This document shows, piece after piece, positions 48,476 through 63,026 of a stretch of 64,000 nucleotides of DNA. The DNA comes from Octopus sinensis (Eukaryota), in contig NW_021834418.1 of assembly GCF_006345805.1 (NCBI RefSeq), positions 1 through 64,000 of the forward strand. The letters are read 5' to 3'. Positions within the stretch are counted from its first letter, which is position 1. Each line of letters starts with the position of its first letter. The notes beneath the pieces are model-generated. The model saw only the letters and a list, made by a program, of their open reading frames with translations. It had not been told where the DNA came from and did not search any database. The translations under genes and the position numbers were made by a program.

Positions 48476-50112
48476 GTTAGTATACTTTATATTTCTGATC
48501 TCTCATTCTCTTTTTGTTTTACTCTTGTTCTCTTTTATACCTCTCATTCTCTCTTTTTATTGCCTTTCTTTCTCTCCCACCCTCCCTCTCACGCACACGC
48601 ACACACACTCACACTCTGCTGGGTTGTCTGACATAAACATTCTCTAATCCTTTTATGATGTGTCACGTTTCAAACGTCTATACCTGTAGACTATACAGAC
48701 ACTACACAAGACTGCTTACTCCTTTGTAGGTATTTGGTCAAATCAGAATATTATATGTTGTCTACTACGGACCAAGTGAAAAGGATGCTAACTGGTGATC
48801 AATTGTACAGGCTGCGGATAGTGGTATTGTACGTGAGTGACTAGAGCTGAAAAGTGGCCACGTGACTATCATTAACTAGAGTGCCCAATGATCGTAGGTG
48901 TGGGCTAAATTGAAAAGAGTCTATTAGAATTGATGACTGACTGTAAATGGTTAATGGAGTGAACGCACAATGTAGAATGAGGACTGGACAAGCCACATAC
49001 TGTAACTGACGGGAAAAGCTAAGGACGTTATTCATTAAGTAAAATATAGAGAGACTAAATATTAGTGAGAGAACACAACAGAGTACAGAATGCACTTCTA
49101 TTCTTCTCCGCCTCACCGAAATCGTCCTATCGCTGAAACCTTGCTCTTTTCATGCACCACATCACCTCATTAATTATCCAGTATATCTTTGTAAGGTAAT
49201 TCCGAAACTTCCAATTCAAAACTGCTGCTACAAACCGCTTCCCAATCAACCTCACGTTCCTTTTAAGCTCTGAATCTGCTCTCTATAAACCCTACACGTA
49301 TCCTTTATCGGTCGCCCACTCCGCCGTCCATTCATCTTAAGCACTACGCCGTCACTGAACCTCACAATTTTTTCCCCCACCTCGTTTCTGTGTATTGCAT
49401 GAAAACATGTCTCTGTGATCATAACGTCTTTGTAAGCCTGATTCGTCCGAGTCTAAACGAGAGGTTTAGCCACTGACTCTCGTATGATCGACTAAAAAAC
49501 ATTTCATCGACGGCTACCCACCACTTCTCTGCATCTCGTCGTCTCCCCTATTGTCCTACTCAAACCTCCTACAATTTCCACCACCCAAAATATCCCCCCG
49601 TTCACACGTGAACATCTTTTCCATTTCGGATAAACACGAGTGCATGCGTATAAAATATCTTTCTATTTCTCCATCTATTGACATCCACCGTATGACATAC
49701 ATGTATGACATGACATACTATATATTGTTTGCATGACATACCCCATGCAAGCATAATAATAATCCACGTCGTAACAACAAACCTTACCCGTATACACACA
49801 GCATATATATATATACATATATAAATGGAGTTGCAGAAACAAACGTACCGCATTACTTTGAATATACTTGTTGCTTACTTCGATATAAATATATAATATT
49901 TATTATATATATATACATAGTATGACTAGGTAAAGACGCACCTATGATTCAGCAACACACAGCTTACACTAAAATAAACAAAACATATATACACCACAAT
50001 TCGTTCACACGTGGCTAAACATGACTTCTTTTAACTGTAATGAATTTTTCCGTTCTTTCATATATAATTTTTCTTAACATCTTTTTTTATTGATTATTCT
50101 TACCAATTCTAG

Positions 50113-50618
50113 GTGTTGTGGTGGACAACATTCTGCACAAACTGGTGGCGGAAGTAATCTCTTGTGTCTACCCAACGACCCCATTTGGGCCAAATTATAC
50201 GATAGAAGTTGAAAAAGGTGGTAACATTTATGGCAGTGAATATGAACTAATTATACCAACAACAAATAAACTCTTTTCTTTTGCTAACGCTGAATAATTC
50301 ATGATCACAACGTTCCGTGCGCTGTCTGTTTGACACGACAACCCGCTGTTGTTATGATGTTACCAGCCAGGACAAAGTGTTACCGTGGTTGGACAATTGA
50401 GTATTCAGGATATTTGATGTCCGGTCATTACGGGCATAAAGGTGGACATGAATATGTTGTGTGGATTATGCACCAGAAGCTGATCCAGCAGGTTACAGAG
50501 ACGAAGATGGAGTTCGATTATATTTCGTTCAGGCTGAGTGTGGTTCATTGCCATGCCACCGTATGTCAATGGTCGAGAATTAACCTGCGTTGTATGCAGT
50601 AAAGTAAATACTGAATAG
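50113..50618 (+). CDS. Copy C exon 4 (several 1-nt indels)
   Basis: GV[A]GGQHSAQTGGGSNLLCLPNDP...SGHYGHKGGHEY...CVVCSKVNTE*; AATAAA at 50745. Confidence 0.75.
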
Positions 50619-52266
50619 AAATTTACATTCGTTTCTATATGAAAATTTATGTCGGTGAATCATAAAGTATAATATAATAAAGCAACATATACGTTTCTTG
50701 TAATTGTGTTTCGCAATATTTTATCCGACTAATATATGTCGTTAAATAAATGCTGTACAAGTTTTCAGAAAATATTCAAAACGAAACAACAGAGACGTCA
50801 TAGAATGTGACAAATAGCTTAACAGAACGATGTAATCCTCAGGGAATGATTCTAGAATACTTTGTATGAGGTTCAGTTTATCAAATTAAATGTTGAAATA
50901 AAATGATGTCGTTTAATGTGTGTTGTATTCCGTCTTAAAATGAAAACACCCCAAATGAAACACCTCCGTACAAATATATCACCATTTCATGATCAATCTT
51001 CAGAAAACACGATAAAAGCTTATAACTAACATCACTAAATCATGATGGTTTAATAAAAAAATACTCCCATACGTATCATTGTAACTACAATCAAGCGATC
51101 GATGAAAACCTCTGCAATCCAATCGCGGATATTACCTATAAAGGATATTTGATATCCACTGAAGAAATACCACAAAATGTTGACTACCTAACTACTTGTC
51201 AGGTTACTAAAACATTGAAGTTTTCAGAAACACTTTTCGACAAGGGACAAGTACACGTCCCACGATGAACTATTTCAACCTACATTCACATATCCCGCCT
51301 TTTCTACAAAATCACACACACACAGCTTCTCTCGTTCCTTCCCTGAAAACTGAGTGTGCCAAAATAAAATATATGAAACCACCAAGAAATATGAGTACAC
51401 TTCAGGACCAGCATCAACCGAATCTACAGCAACACCACAAAACATCAAGTTCAACAAATTATCTCCGTCTGTAACATAAAACTATCAAACTCGCAGAAGA
51501 GGAACTTGCTTCGAGATACATGCATACAATAACTGTAACACACATAAACGACTTAGTAAGGAAATGAAGACGACTTTAAAATATACATTAGGTGGAATCA
51601 GTGCAACATTGTGAGTCTTTCACACTATACACAGCATGATTGCTCCTTGTATGTGGGAGTAGTTTGTAGAATGGCTGCCACATAAACGAAGGTATCCGTG
51701 GAAAGAGGGATTGTGGGGGCAGCACGTTTTTTGTCCGATTATTGCGTGCCATAAGAATGCTCGATTGTGAAAAAGCTAGAGAAAAAGAATAATAATTAAG
51801 TAATATGAAAGCACGAAAAGCAAATTGACAAATGAATATATGGAAACATTCAACATGGCGTTTCCAGTGAACAGTATTAGCGCTCAGTATTAGGCATAAG
51901 CAATGTTTAGGTTCGTTAAAATGTGCTAATGGCATATTTCAAAATCTAAAGGCAAATTCCGTGCAAAAAGCTGCAAAAACAGCATGTCAGTCCAGTGCTG
52001 CTCCCTATCGGGTTCCAGTTCAGCCGTTATCAAGAGAAAATACCGAAGAGTGGAATATCTGGACAAACTTAAAGCCATAGCTTAACTTAAACATAGTCAA
52101 CAACAACGAGTAAGTGAAGCCATTAGAGGCCAGGCTGGAGTCTGTCGTGAGTTACACGCCCTTCGGTATTTCTCTTTGATAATACTTCGCTAGAGGAGGT
52201 TGACTTCAACATTGTGCCCCAACAGTAACTGCGGTCGCTCGTACGAGCACGCATTTTCACGCATAT

Positions 52267-53175
52267 TTGTGTGTGTGGTGTTGTATGTGTGTGTGTTATG
52301 TGTCAGTGGTGTGTGTTAATGTGGTGTGTGTGTGTGTGTCGAATGTGTCATGTGTGTTAGTGTGAGTGTGTGTGTCAACGTGTGTGGTGTGTCAGCTGTG
52401 TGTGTGTCAGTGTGTGAGTCACGGTGTGTGTGGGTCAGTGTGTGTTAGTGTGTGTGTCAGTGTGTGTGTGTATATCTGTGTGTATGTGTGTGTTGTGTGT
52501 CAGTGATGTGTGTGTGTGAATGTGTGTGTGTGTTTCAGTGTGTATGGTGTTGAGTATGTCAGGTGTGTTGTGTGTGTGAGTGTGTGTGTGTGTGTCAGTG
52601 TGTGTGTGTATGTCAGTGTGTGTATTGTGTGCAGCGGTGGTGTGCGTGTGTGTGTGTGTATGTCAGTGTGTGGTGTGTATATCAGTGTGTATGTGTGTGT
52701 GTGAATGTGGTGTGTGTGAATGTGTGTGTGTTGAATATGTGTGTGTGTTTCAGTGTGGATGTGTGTTTGAGTATGTCAGTGTGTGTGTGTGAGTGTGTGT
52801 GAGTGTGTGTGTGTGTGTATGTCAGTGTGTGTATGTGTGTCAGCGTGTGTGTGCGTGTGTGTGTGTATGTCAGTGTGTGTGTGGGTCTGTGTGTGTGTGT
52901 ATGTCACTGTGTGTGTGTGTCATGTGTGTGTGTGTATGTCAGTGTGTGTGTGTGTGTGTGTTGTGTGTATGTCAGTGTGTGTGTGTGTGTGTGTCAGTGT
53001 GTATGTGTGTTTGTATTTGTGTGTGTGTATCGTGTATGTGTGTGTGTGTGTGAGTGTGTGTGTGTTTGTCAGTGTTTGTGTGGTTCTCAGTGTCTGTGTG
53101 TGTGTTCTCAGTGTTGTGTCAGTTGTGTGTGTGTGGTGTGGTGTGTGGTGTGTGTGTGTCTTTGTGTCTGTGTAT
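52267..53175. repeat. Complex (GT)n microsatellite upstream of copy D
   Basis: Direct reading. Confidence 0.9.
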
Positions 53176-53589
53176 TTGCTGGTTGAACGAAATACTTCCC
53201 ACACTGTATATTAAAACAGCTTCCCAAGAATAAGAAATAAAATTAAAATAACAACATTAGTAAATAAATATATCATAATATATCCAGAAACAGGAATCAT
53301 TTCACTTTACACGAGTCTCTCATTCATCAAAATATTTTGCTAATTATTGTGTGACAATATCAAACCATCTCTTTCCCGTAATTAAACCTGTCAGACAAGT
53401 TCACACCCGCTTTTACAGTTCCACCAATCGCATTGGTTCATAAATTTACGATAAGATCTATGCCAGAGCTGGTTGTTGTGCGCTCAATAAAACGTGGAAT
53501 TCAGTTACAGGTCTTCAGCTTCAACCTCGCATCTCGATCTTTGTTGAAGCCACACGAAGTATCACGTACGACCGACAACTGTCACCAGA

Positions 53590-53732
53590 ATGGATTTCGC
53601 ACAACTGTCCAGGAATATTCGCAGCGTTATTCCATTTCTCTCTATAGCTTTTTGGGGTTCTTTCTCGTTCTGACGATCGTGATTCTTCATCAAGATTCAA
53701 GAATAGGAAAAATGGAAGAGAAATCGAAAACG
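53590..53732 (+). CDS. Copy D exon 1 (143 nt, several small indels)
   Basis: MDFAQLSRNI.. to ..KMEEKSKT|gtaagt. Confidence 0.7.
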
Positions 53733-54132
53733 GTAAGTCATGGATTTTGTGTTAATATATGTATGTCTTTATGTATTTATATATGCATGTATGCATGTAT
53801 GCATTTACGTATGTATGTATTAATATGTGGATGTATGTATGTACCGATGGATGGATGAATCACGTACATATGTTCCTATAGAGCACACACACACACACAC
53901 GATCACACACGTAATCACACACGAACACACAGGCGCACACACCTAAACATACATATATATACATATACATATATTTGTATATATAATATACATATATATG
54001 TATATATAAATATACATATATAAGAATATATTAGTGCGTGAACATATATAGATATATATATATACAAACAAATATATGCGTGTGTGTATCTATCATTGTA
54101 TCTCTCTGTCTATCTCTCTCTCTCTATTTATC

Positions 54133-54175
<43 letters not shown>

Positions 54176-54562
54176 GCGTGTGTTTGTTTGTATATAAATA
54201 TATTCTTTTACCCGTTTCAGTCATTTGACTGCGGCCATGCTACAGCACTGCGTTTAGTAGGACAAATCGACTTCAGGAATTATTCTTTGTAAGCCTATTG
54301 CTCATTCTATCGGTATTTCTAGCCGAACCGCTATGTAACGCGGACATAAACACACCGACATCAGCTGAGAATCGATAGTGGTGCGACAATAACAGACACA
54401 TACATAAAACATAGATACATACACACTATGTGTGCTATACACACACACACACACTTACATCTATATATATATATATATATATACATAACATATATACATA
54501 CACACATATATAGTTACGTATGTATGAATATACATATCTATCTATCAATCTATTTATCTACA

Positions 54563-54600
<38 letters not shown>

Positions 54601-55377
54601 CTATCTATCTATCTATCTATCTATATATATATATATATATTATATATATATATATTATATATACATATACATATACACACATCCCTAGTAAACACAAAGA
54701 AGGGTGGAATTGTACTCCTGTCCGATCGCTCTTTCACCAGACATAATCCTGGAGAGGGAGATAAGTGCGTAATGAAAAAAATCTAATGGTGGGGTTCTAG
54801 CATGGCCATGCCCTGTCGCTGCAACGTTTAGCCCTATTAATATTAGTGTTAAGTATTATATCTAGATGTACACTTACACACACGCACAGAAACAGACACA
54901 TACACACACACACACTCACACACACATAAGAATACGTACATATTTACACACATTTATCTATTTCTCTCCATCAGGAACGGAAGTGAGGCGAGTTTTTTTG
55001 AATCTTTTCTTTCCAACTGAAAATAAAACGTGCGAGTGCCAATGTAGATCGGTGAATTTCGTAACGTTTGACTGTAATTCACGTAGGTTTTTATATATGA
55101 CAATATGTAAGAACGAATGTAAATACACACACACATCCGCACGGACACAGACACACGTGCTCAATTGTACACGAACAATCACACTATACAGTGTATGTCC
55201 ACTCACATATATGTGTGCGTTTGTGTGTGTGTATGCGTATAAGTAGATACGTATATTTGTGATATTTATGGTGTGTATGCCTATGTGTACGTGTATACCT
55301 ATATATTGATATGTATTTATATATATATATACACACATATATATACATATATATACATATATATTTATATATATATA

Positions 55378-55424
<47 letters not shown>

Positions 55425-56007
55425 ATATATATGTGTGTGTGTGTGTGTATGTCTGTGTGGAGGCGCAGTGGCCCAGTAGTTAGGGCAGCGGACTCAGGGT
55501 TGTAGGATCGCAGTTTCGATTCGCAGACTGGGCGTTGAGTGCGTTTAAAGCTCCACGGGGTTCAGGGAGTGCGTTGTTGTGATCACTGCTGTACTCTTTC
55601 GCTACAACCTTCTCCTTTTTTTCTGTTGGCCTGCTCGCTTAGCCAGCGGGGTGGCGTCATTGTGACCAGCGATATGTAGCAACTACTGATAGCCCGGTCT
55701 GTAACGGGGATCACGGAGATATATGTATCATACGCACACAATAGACACACAAACACCAACACACGTACATACACTCACACCAGCACAGTTACCCACAATA
55801 CTCATACAGATACGCACACACTTTATACATAGACACACACGCACATGCACGTACTTAAGCGCACACACGCACACAAACACACGCACGCACATTACGCCCA
55901 CACAACTCCAACCCCTCCCCCCCCACACACGCATGTACAAATTCACATACACACCGATACATATACATACACACAATATATGCCTACACGCGCACACACA
56001 ACTACAC

Positions 56008-57951
56008 ATTGTATTGGCATCCTTTCTGTCTCGGGAGAAAATGGAGTTGCGCATGTTTTTTTTTTTTTTGTAGTCTAGTCCGGCTTTTATATTTCATGTC
56101 CTGATACATTTCCTGCTGTGGCTGTGTAGTCCTATCCTGGACAAACACTCCCTCTGGCAGGTACCGCAAATGTAGCGAAGACTGTTCCTGGCTGGTTGTA
56201 ATGCCATAGTCTCTTGTTGACGTCTCTTCTTTTCTCTCCATTTCTCCTCTCTCTCTCTGTCACTCTTTTGTATTCCCTCTTTTACGGTACGTCGCCATTC
56301 TCCACGGTTGCCGGCGACTGCCTCCCAACCGCTAATATTGATGTTGCAGGCCTTCATATCCCTTTTGCAAACATCCCTGTAACGTAAGATCGGTCTACCC
56401 ACAGACCTAGTACCCCTAGCAAGCTCTCCGTAGAGTATGTCCTTGGGGATTCTGCCATCTTTCATACGGCTAACATGCCCAAGCTATCTCATACGTCTTT
56501 GCGTGAGGAGTGCAAACATGCTTGGTATTCCTGCTTGCCTGAGGACATTTTTGTTGGGGATATGATTCTGCCATTTGATGCGGAGGATTTTTCGGAGGCC
56601 ATCGCAGCAGCTGCCTTGCCAATGCGTATATTGAGCTCAGCGTCAAGGGATAGGTTGTAAGTGACGGTAGAGCCCAGATAGGTAAACTTCTCCACCTCTT
56701 GTAATCTGTGGTCTCCAATATGTATGTTTGGGATGTCCGATATAGCCTGGCCCATGATGTTGGTCTTCTTAAGGCTGATAGCTAAGCCAAAGTCCTTACA
56801 TGCTTGCTCAAAACAGTTAATGAACCTTTGGAGGGCTTCTTCTGTGTGTGTTACCAGAGCGGCATCATCAGCAAATAACATCTCCTTGATCAGGACGTTT
56901 CTGATTTTGGTCTTGGCACGCAGGCGCGAGAGATTGAACAGTTTCCCGTCACTTCTACTGTGCAGAAACACTCCATCATCTGATGTCTGAAAGGCATGTG
57001 ACAGTAAGAGTGAGAAGAAGATGCCAAACAATGTAGGAGCGAGGACACAGCCTTGCTTTACCCCGTTTTTTATTTGGAAGGCGGCTGATGTTGAACCGTT
57101 GTGCTGTATGGTGCCTTGCATGTCATCATGGAAAGACTTGATGATCCTCAGCAGCTTTGGTATACATCCGATTTTTTGGAGCAGGAGGAAGAGGCCTGTT
57201 CTGCTTACCGAGTCAAAAGCCTTTGTTAGATCAATGAAGGCCATATATAATGGCATTTTCTGCTCTCTGGACTTCTCCTGAAGTTGGCGTATGGAGAATA
57301 TCATATCGATAGTTGATCTGCTTCTTCTAAAGCCACACTGCGATTCCGGATAGATTCGAGAAGCAAGTAGTTGTAACCTGGCCAGGATAACGCGGGCAAA
57401 GGTCTTTCCAACAGTGCTTAGAAGGGATATACCACGGTAATTGTTACAATCACCACGGTCACCTTTGTTTTTGTAAAGCGTAATGATGTTGGCATCCCGC
57501 ATATCCTGAGGGACTGTACCCTCTTCCCAGCACTGACACAGAAGCTCATGAAGGTGCCGAAACAGGATGGTGTTTTTGCCGGCTTTGATGATCTCTGAGG
57601 GGATGCCGTCTTTTCCCGGAGCCTTATTTCTTGCTAGGGAGTCAACAGCCTTGGTGAGCTCTGCTTTAGATGGCGGACTGTCAAGTGCGCACATGACTGG
57701 CAAGATCTTGACGCTCTCGACTGCAGCCTCAGCCACTGTGGTCTCCCGTGAGTAGAGATCCTGGTAGTGCTCCACCCATCTATCCATTTGCTTGCCTTGA
57801 TCCCTGATGAGATCTCCAGTAGTTGATTTCAGAGGGGCTGACTTGGTTGCGGATGGACCGAGGGCCTTCTTCAAACCGGCATACATCCCACGGGTGTCGC
57901 CCCTGTCAGCAGCTGACTGGATACTCTGAGAGATTTCCTGCCAATACCTAT
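56008..57951 (-). mobile_element. 5'-truncated RTE-BovB-like LINE, specific to copy D
   Basis: YRGISLLS, PESQCGFR, FIDLTKAFD, GVKQGCVLAPTLF, LFADDAAL, RIPKDILYGEL, C..C...C.SRIGL.SH; 3' end tctcccgagacagaaaggatgccaatacaat; internal deletion after GKAAAAMA and a TAG at the expected Trp. Confidence 0.9.
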
Positions 57952-58765
57952 TTGCACACATACACATACGTTAATACATATAGACACAGACACACACACA
58001 CACACAAGCAAAAACATGCGCACACATACGCACGCACACACGCACACGAATGCACACACCTAAAACTCACAACCCCACGAATACACGTATATACACCTAT
58101 ATACGCTTACACACATACAAACGCACACGTACACGCACACACAAATACACGCACATACGACACGCACGCACATACATACACACACACACTACAAACAAAA
58201 CACACACACGATACATATACATACACGCACACACAAACATACTTCAAACTAGCAGTACCTACTATTTGACCTGTGGTAGAGACAAAAGGAGCCACGCCCA
58301 ATTCCTTCTTCATTGACCTTAACACTACTAGCCCTACAACACGCAAAGATTAACAGCCACAACTACACACACATACACACACACACGTGTCATCATTGCA
58401 CACATACACACAGACACACACACGCACACGCAGACCTCCGCGCACGCTCTTATCCACACTTACACACACATTCCTCCTCCTCTACCACTCTCCTGTCTTT
58501 GAAAGAACTTTTCATCACCCATTCCCTTCCGGTCATTCAAAATGTGACGGCGTGTGTACCGTTGGCGATTTTTTTTCCGCTGTCTTCCCTCCTCTGGATC
58601 TTTCCTTCTCGTATGTTTCCGACGAAGAGCTCCACCCGAAACGTTAAACCCTCCTTCTTTCCTTCTTTCCTTCCTCGTCCAATAATACCATATTTGTTCC
58701 ACGTCCTCGCGTTGATGTTTTTTTTGTGCTTTCTTGTTTGGATTATATTTAACTATATATACATG

Positions 58766-58813
<48 letters not shown>

Positions 58814-58836
58814 ATATATGTGGAGAAATATGTGTG

Positions 58837-58871
<35 letters not shown>

Positions 58872-58904
58872 ACTAGCAGACGTACCCGGTATATAATATA
58901 TTCC

Positions 58905-59480
58905 AGTCATTTTGAAACAGGTGATATGGGAAAGTGTAACATTGACAACAAAACATTTGTAGAGTAAATGCTGGGCTAATTCAACTAAGCAACATGCTAT
59001 GAGTCCGTTTGGAGTGTTTCAAGCCCTAACCTGTCATGCAAAATTGGAGCTGGGGTTTCTGTGATTTTTGAATGCACCGAAAAGCTGTCAGTGGATATAC
59101 TCTCCTTTGCAGCAGTGTGCGCTGTGTCTAACACGACCCATCATCGGAAATTTTGACACCTCTAGTCGGGTTTGTTGTCCTACATCACTCATTGAGTAAA
59201 TTTGGAGGAACTGTGGTTGTTTATTGGCGGGTACCAGAGAACCAATGGGGCGATAGACTTGGCCTTGAACTTTCACATCGGCGTAAATTCATGTTTATCT
59301 ATCTTCTTAGATTCACCAAACGATGTCATTTGAAAAGCAGACTTGTATTATCTGATATTGTTCAGAAAATCCTTTGACTGGATTGAAGCGCTTTCTACAA
59401 GATTCCTAAGGGGTTGAGATGGTAGTGTTGGCAATGATACCTGTCCGAATCTGTTGTCATCTATTGCATTGTTTTAAGTT
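58905..59480 (-). mobile_element. Helitron Rep fragment, intron 1 of copy D
   Basis: ORF 59276-59088: KVQGQVYRPIGSLVPANKQPQFLQIY. Confidence 0.8.
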
Positions 59481-59541
59481 CTAAACGATAATAAATACTC
59501 TGAAGTACTATTTATATGATGCTATTTCTATTTTTTCACAG

Positions 59542-59593
59542 AACCGTTTCATCTCCAAGAAATCTCTCGACGATAAACCTGATGACACACCAA
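59542..59593 (+). CDS. Copy D exon 2 (intact)
   Basis: 52 nt, NRFISKKSLDDKPDDTP. Confidence 0.75.
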
Positions 59594-62194
59594 GTAAGAA
59601 CTAATTTTATTGCTAAAGTCTTTTACCCGTGACTCTTTAACTAATGAATTATAATTTCACCAACTTTGAATTAGTTCCACATTATTATCCATATGTCCAT
59701 AATACTATATACTAAGACACTTGCCTGAATTTATTTCAAAATATATTCTACTTTACAATAACTTCCTAACTAAAATGTTACTCTAATATACTATGCCGTG
59801 TATTGTGTGTATATGAGTATATATGCAGCGCTACGTCAAGAATTGTACTAAGCCCTCTTCATCTGAGAATCAAATGCCCGAGCTGGCGCTTCACTGCGTT
59901 TATATCTACAATTCAGCATCCTGTCCACTCTTCTGCTTCCAATCGTTTCGTGAATAGAGACCCGAAATAATGATGTTCCACTTTCCTACACAGTGCGTAT
60001 TTGTCAGTCCTGCCTTGGGGTACTCGGTAGCCAACCAATTCATTGCACGTTGTTGGTGACCATCAGACGAATCAGGTAGCAGGATGCCGTCTACAAATAA
60101 AAGTCGACCGATCAAGTAGAGATGAATTGGGATACCTCTACCACAATGGCTGCGCATATTCAACCAGATCACAAAAAAGAATTTGAGAAGGGGCACTAAC
60201 AATGCGCACTTCAACTAAGTGAAACGTTCACGTTGTAAACTTTCGACTTTTACATAAATACATTCATTTGAACATCCATATAAGTACTTTATGGCAACCA
60301 GTATTTGCCCATTAAACTCACCTTCCGCGTAAACCATCCGCAACATGCCCCAGGGCACGTGATCGTGTGCCTTTTCGTGGTTTAAAGCGTATTCCTCTTG
60401 GAAGTTCTTCAACGTTTGATGGAATATCTGTTTTGAACGACTATCTGGTCGGGTGTTCCGCGTCCCGGACAGTAATCTTGGGCACGATAATTTCCCTACA
60501 TATCTTTTCCTGACATCAAGTGTAGACTTTTCTATAATTAAAACACACACTTTGGTCTCTGTTTGAAAACATTGTGATTGTTACCCCATATTACCATTGC
60601 CTTGGTGATTTTTCCAGAGGTCCCATCCACCTAGCGTACATGGGTCACTCAGAGAATACCATCTGTATTTATGGCTTCTAAAATATCAAGCCGGACGTAC
60701 ATTTCACCAGCAGCATTACCACTTTTAAGTGAATTTAGCGCAAATAAGCGTTCAACCGAAGAAGAACCTGCCGAAAAATAATACAATCACGAACCCATTT
60801 CGAGGTCCAAGTTCATACGGGTGGGTCACTCACAATTTGGATGCAAAAGTCTCCACATTTTCGTTTCCGATCCCAGCATCCACTGCGGCTTCCAACTGTA
60901 TTCTGTAGGTCGCACTGGACTTACCAATTTTCACTGTGCGGCAGACTGTGAGAATTTTCAGGTTTTCAGACAGTTAGGTAGTGCCGAGTTGACAACTCCA
61001 CCCCTTCCTTTTACCCGAACGTTCACCAAAGAGTTAAAGATCACCAAACTCTATCAAAAACCTCTGTCACCAAGTATTTCTATATCAGGTACCCTTATAA
61101 ATATCCCTGTCTTAAAATAATATCTATACCAGAGAGAGGAGAGTGTGTATCCTGCACAGAAGCCTGCTATGACCTCTCCATTAAGTTCACTGACGACATT
61201 CCTTCCAATCAATCCTTCTCACGGTTATCAGTGCCAAGGTGTGCACTGAAGTTTCCTTGCAGGACAAATGACTTTACCCCAAATATATCTAAAGCTGAGG
61301 TGAATTTGCTTAGAAAGGATTTGTATTTGAATTCGCATTTTGCTGCATATACAAAGAGTACGCTAAGGGCTCAAAGGAATAGCCATACCGAATCATCCAT
61401 CGAGTCGGATAAAAGCAGTTGCCTCTGGAACTTGATTGGAGAAGACGATTCGGAAAATATAATGCAGTCTCCACCCAACTCAATCTGAGATGCATTGGGA
61501 TGGAATACAAAATATGCGTCTTCCAAACCACGTAGCAGGTCCAGAAGGGATCAACCGTTCATAATTGAGAATTAGACTGTCAAAACCGGACGATACAAAA
61601 CGCTGCCTGTTATATATAATCGGTGTCTCCTCAAGAAAGCTTCGTTACTTCGGAGGCATACACTTGGAAGTAGGTTGGAAACGTCACTGTGCAGGCGTGG
61701 TGCCAACTATGTCTGCACAGTCGGAAGTGGGATGCTCACGATCCCTGGTTTTCAGATTGGATTATGGAGTGAATCCCACTAGGTATTAAGGGATAACTCC
61801 TGAAGCTCAAGCAGAATGAAGGAGTGGTGTAGCTGCTGGAAGTAAATGCACCCAATAGCGAGGGCAAATACAAATGCTTCCTTAACAAAGTCACTGCAGC
61901 TTTGGATATATTTGGGGTAAAGTCATTTGTCTTACAAGGAGACTTCCGTGCACACTTTGACGCTGATAACCGCAAGAAGTATTGATTGGGTGGAATCGCC
62001 TCACACAACTTAATGGGGTGGCCATACTAGTCTTCTGGAAGGAAACGGACTCTCTTCGCGCCAAACACCAATCTGATATTCGTAAATGGCCAATCAGGTG
62101 CCAAGAATTGATAATATGGCTAACATATCTATAAAAGAAGAACTTAATCATTTTTATTGTCACAAATATATATAAATGTATATATATATATGTA

Positions 62195-62226
<32 letters not shown>

Positions 62227-62513
62227 GGATCTTTCAACCCTATTATCTCCCCTAATTTCGCTCTCGCGTCTCATGTTTGATCTTTGACTTCTGGCTGAAA
62301 TCAGATCGCCATGTTGATTCGTTAGTTACTGCACGCATTTTTTTCTCTCCTTCTTTCTGTGTTTTTTTTCTCTGTGTATCTTTCTGTTGAAGAGCGTAGG
62401 CTCGAAACGTTAAAGACTTGTTTTATTTATATTTCCTGAGCGCCATACTAATACAATTGTTTGTTTGTTTTCCACCTGCCTTCGTCTTTTGTCTATTTTC
62501 ATAAAGCTTCCCG

Positions 62514-62514
<1 letters not shown>
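62227..62514 (+). mobile_element. Solo Penelope-type terminal fragment in (TA)n, carrying a hammerhead fold
   Basis: Flanked by TA runs; absent from copies A and B at this site; contains the fold at 62379-62416. Confidence 0.6.
62379..62416 (+). ncRNA. Minimal type-I hammerhead fold (38 nt)
   Basis: TCTTT-CTGTTGA-A-GAGC-GTAG-GCTC-GAAA-C-GT-T-AAAGA: stem I 5 bp, stem II 4 bp, palindromic ACGT stem III, A6U core variant. Confidence 0.65.
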
Positions 62515-62566
<52 letters not shown>

Positions 62567-62568
<2 letters not shown>

Positions 62569-62987
62569 CGCAGGAGTGGCTATGTCGTAAGTAGCTTGCT
62601 AACCAACCACATGGTTCCGGGTTCAGTCCCACTGCGTGGCACCTTGGGCAAGTGTCTTCTACTATAGCCCCGGGCCGACCAATGCCTTGTGAGTGGATTT
62701 GGTAGACGGAAACTGAAAGAAGCCTGTCGTATATATGTATATATATGTGTATATGTATGTGTGTGTTTTGTTGTGTCTGTGTTGGTCCCCCTAGCATTGC
62801 TTGACAACCGATGCTGGTGTTTTACGTCCCCGTCACCTAGCGGTTCGGCAAAAGAGACCGATAGAATAAGTACTAGGCTTACAAAGAATAAGTCCCGGGG
62901 TCGATTTGCTTGACTAAAGGCGGTGCTCCAGCATGGCCGCAGTCAAATTACTGAAACAAATAAAAGAGTAAAAGGAAAAAAGTAAAG

Positions 62988-62988
<1 letters not shown>
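62567..62988 (+). mobile_element. tRNA-derived SINE, family 1
   Basis: Full head-to-tail match to 22389-22796. Confidence 0.88.

Positions 62989-63026
<38 letters not shown>

Larger units (their letters stand above)
41915..50618 (+). other. Gene copy C
   Basis: Exons 41915-42056, 46225-46276, 48402-48475 and 50113-50618. Confidence 0.78.
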
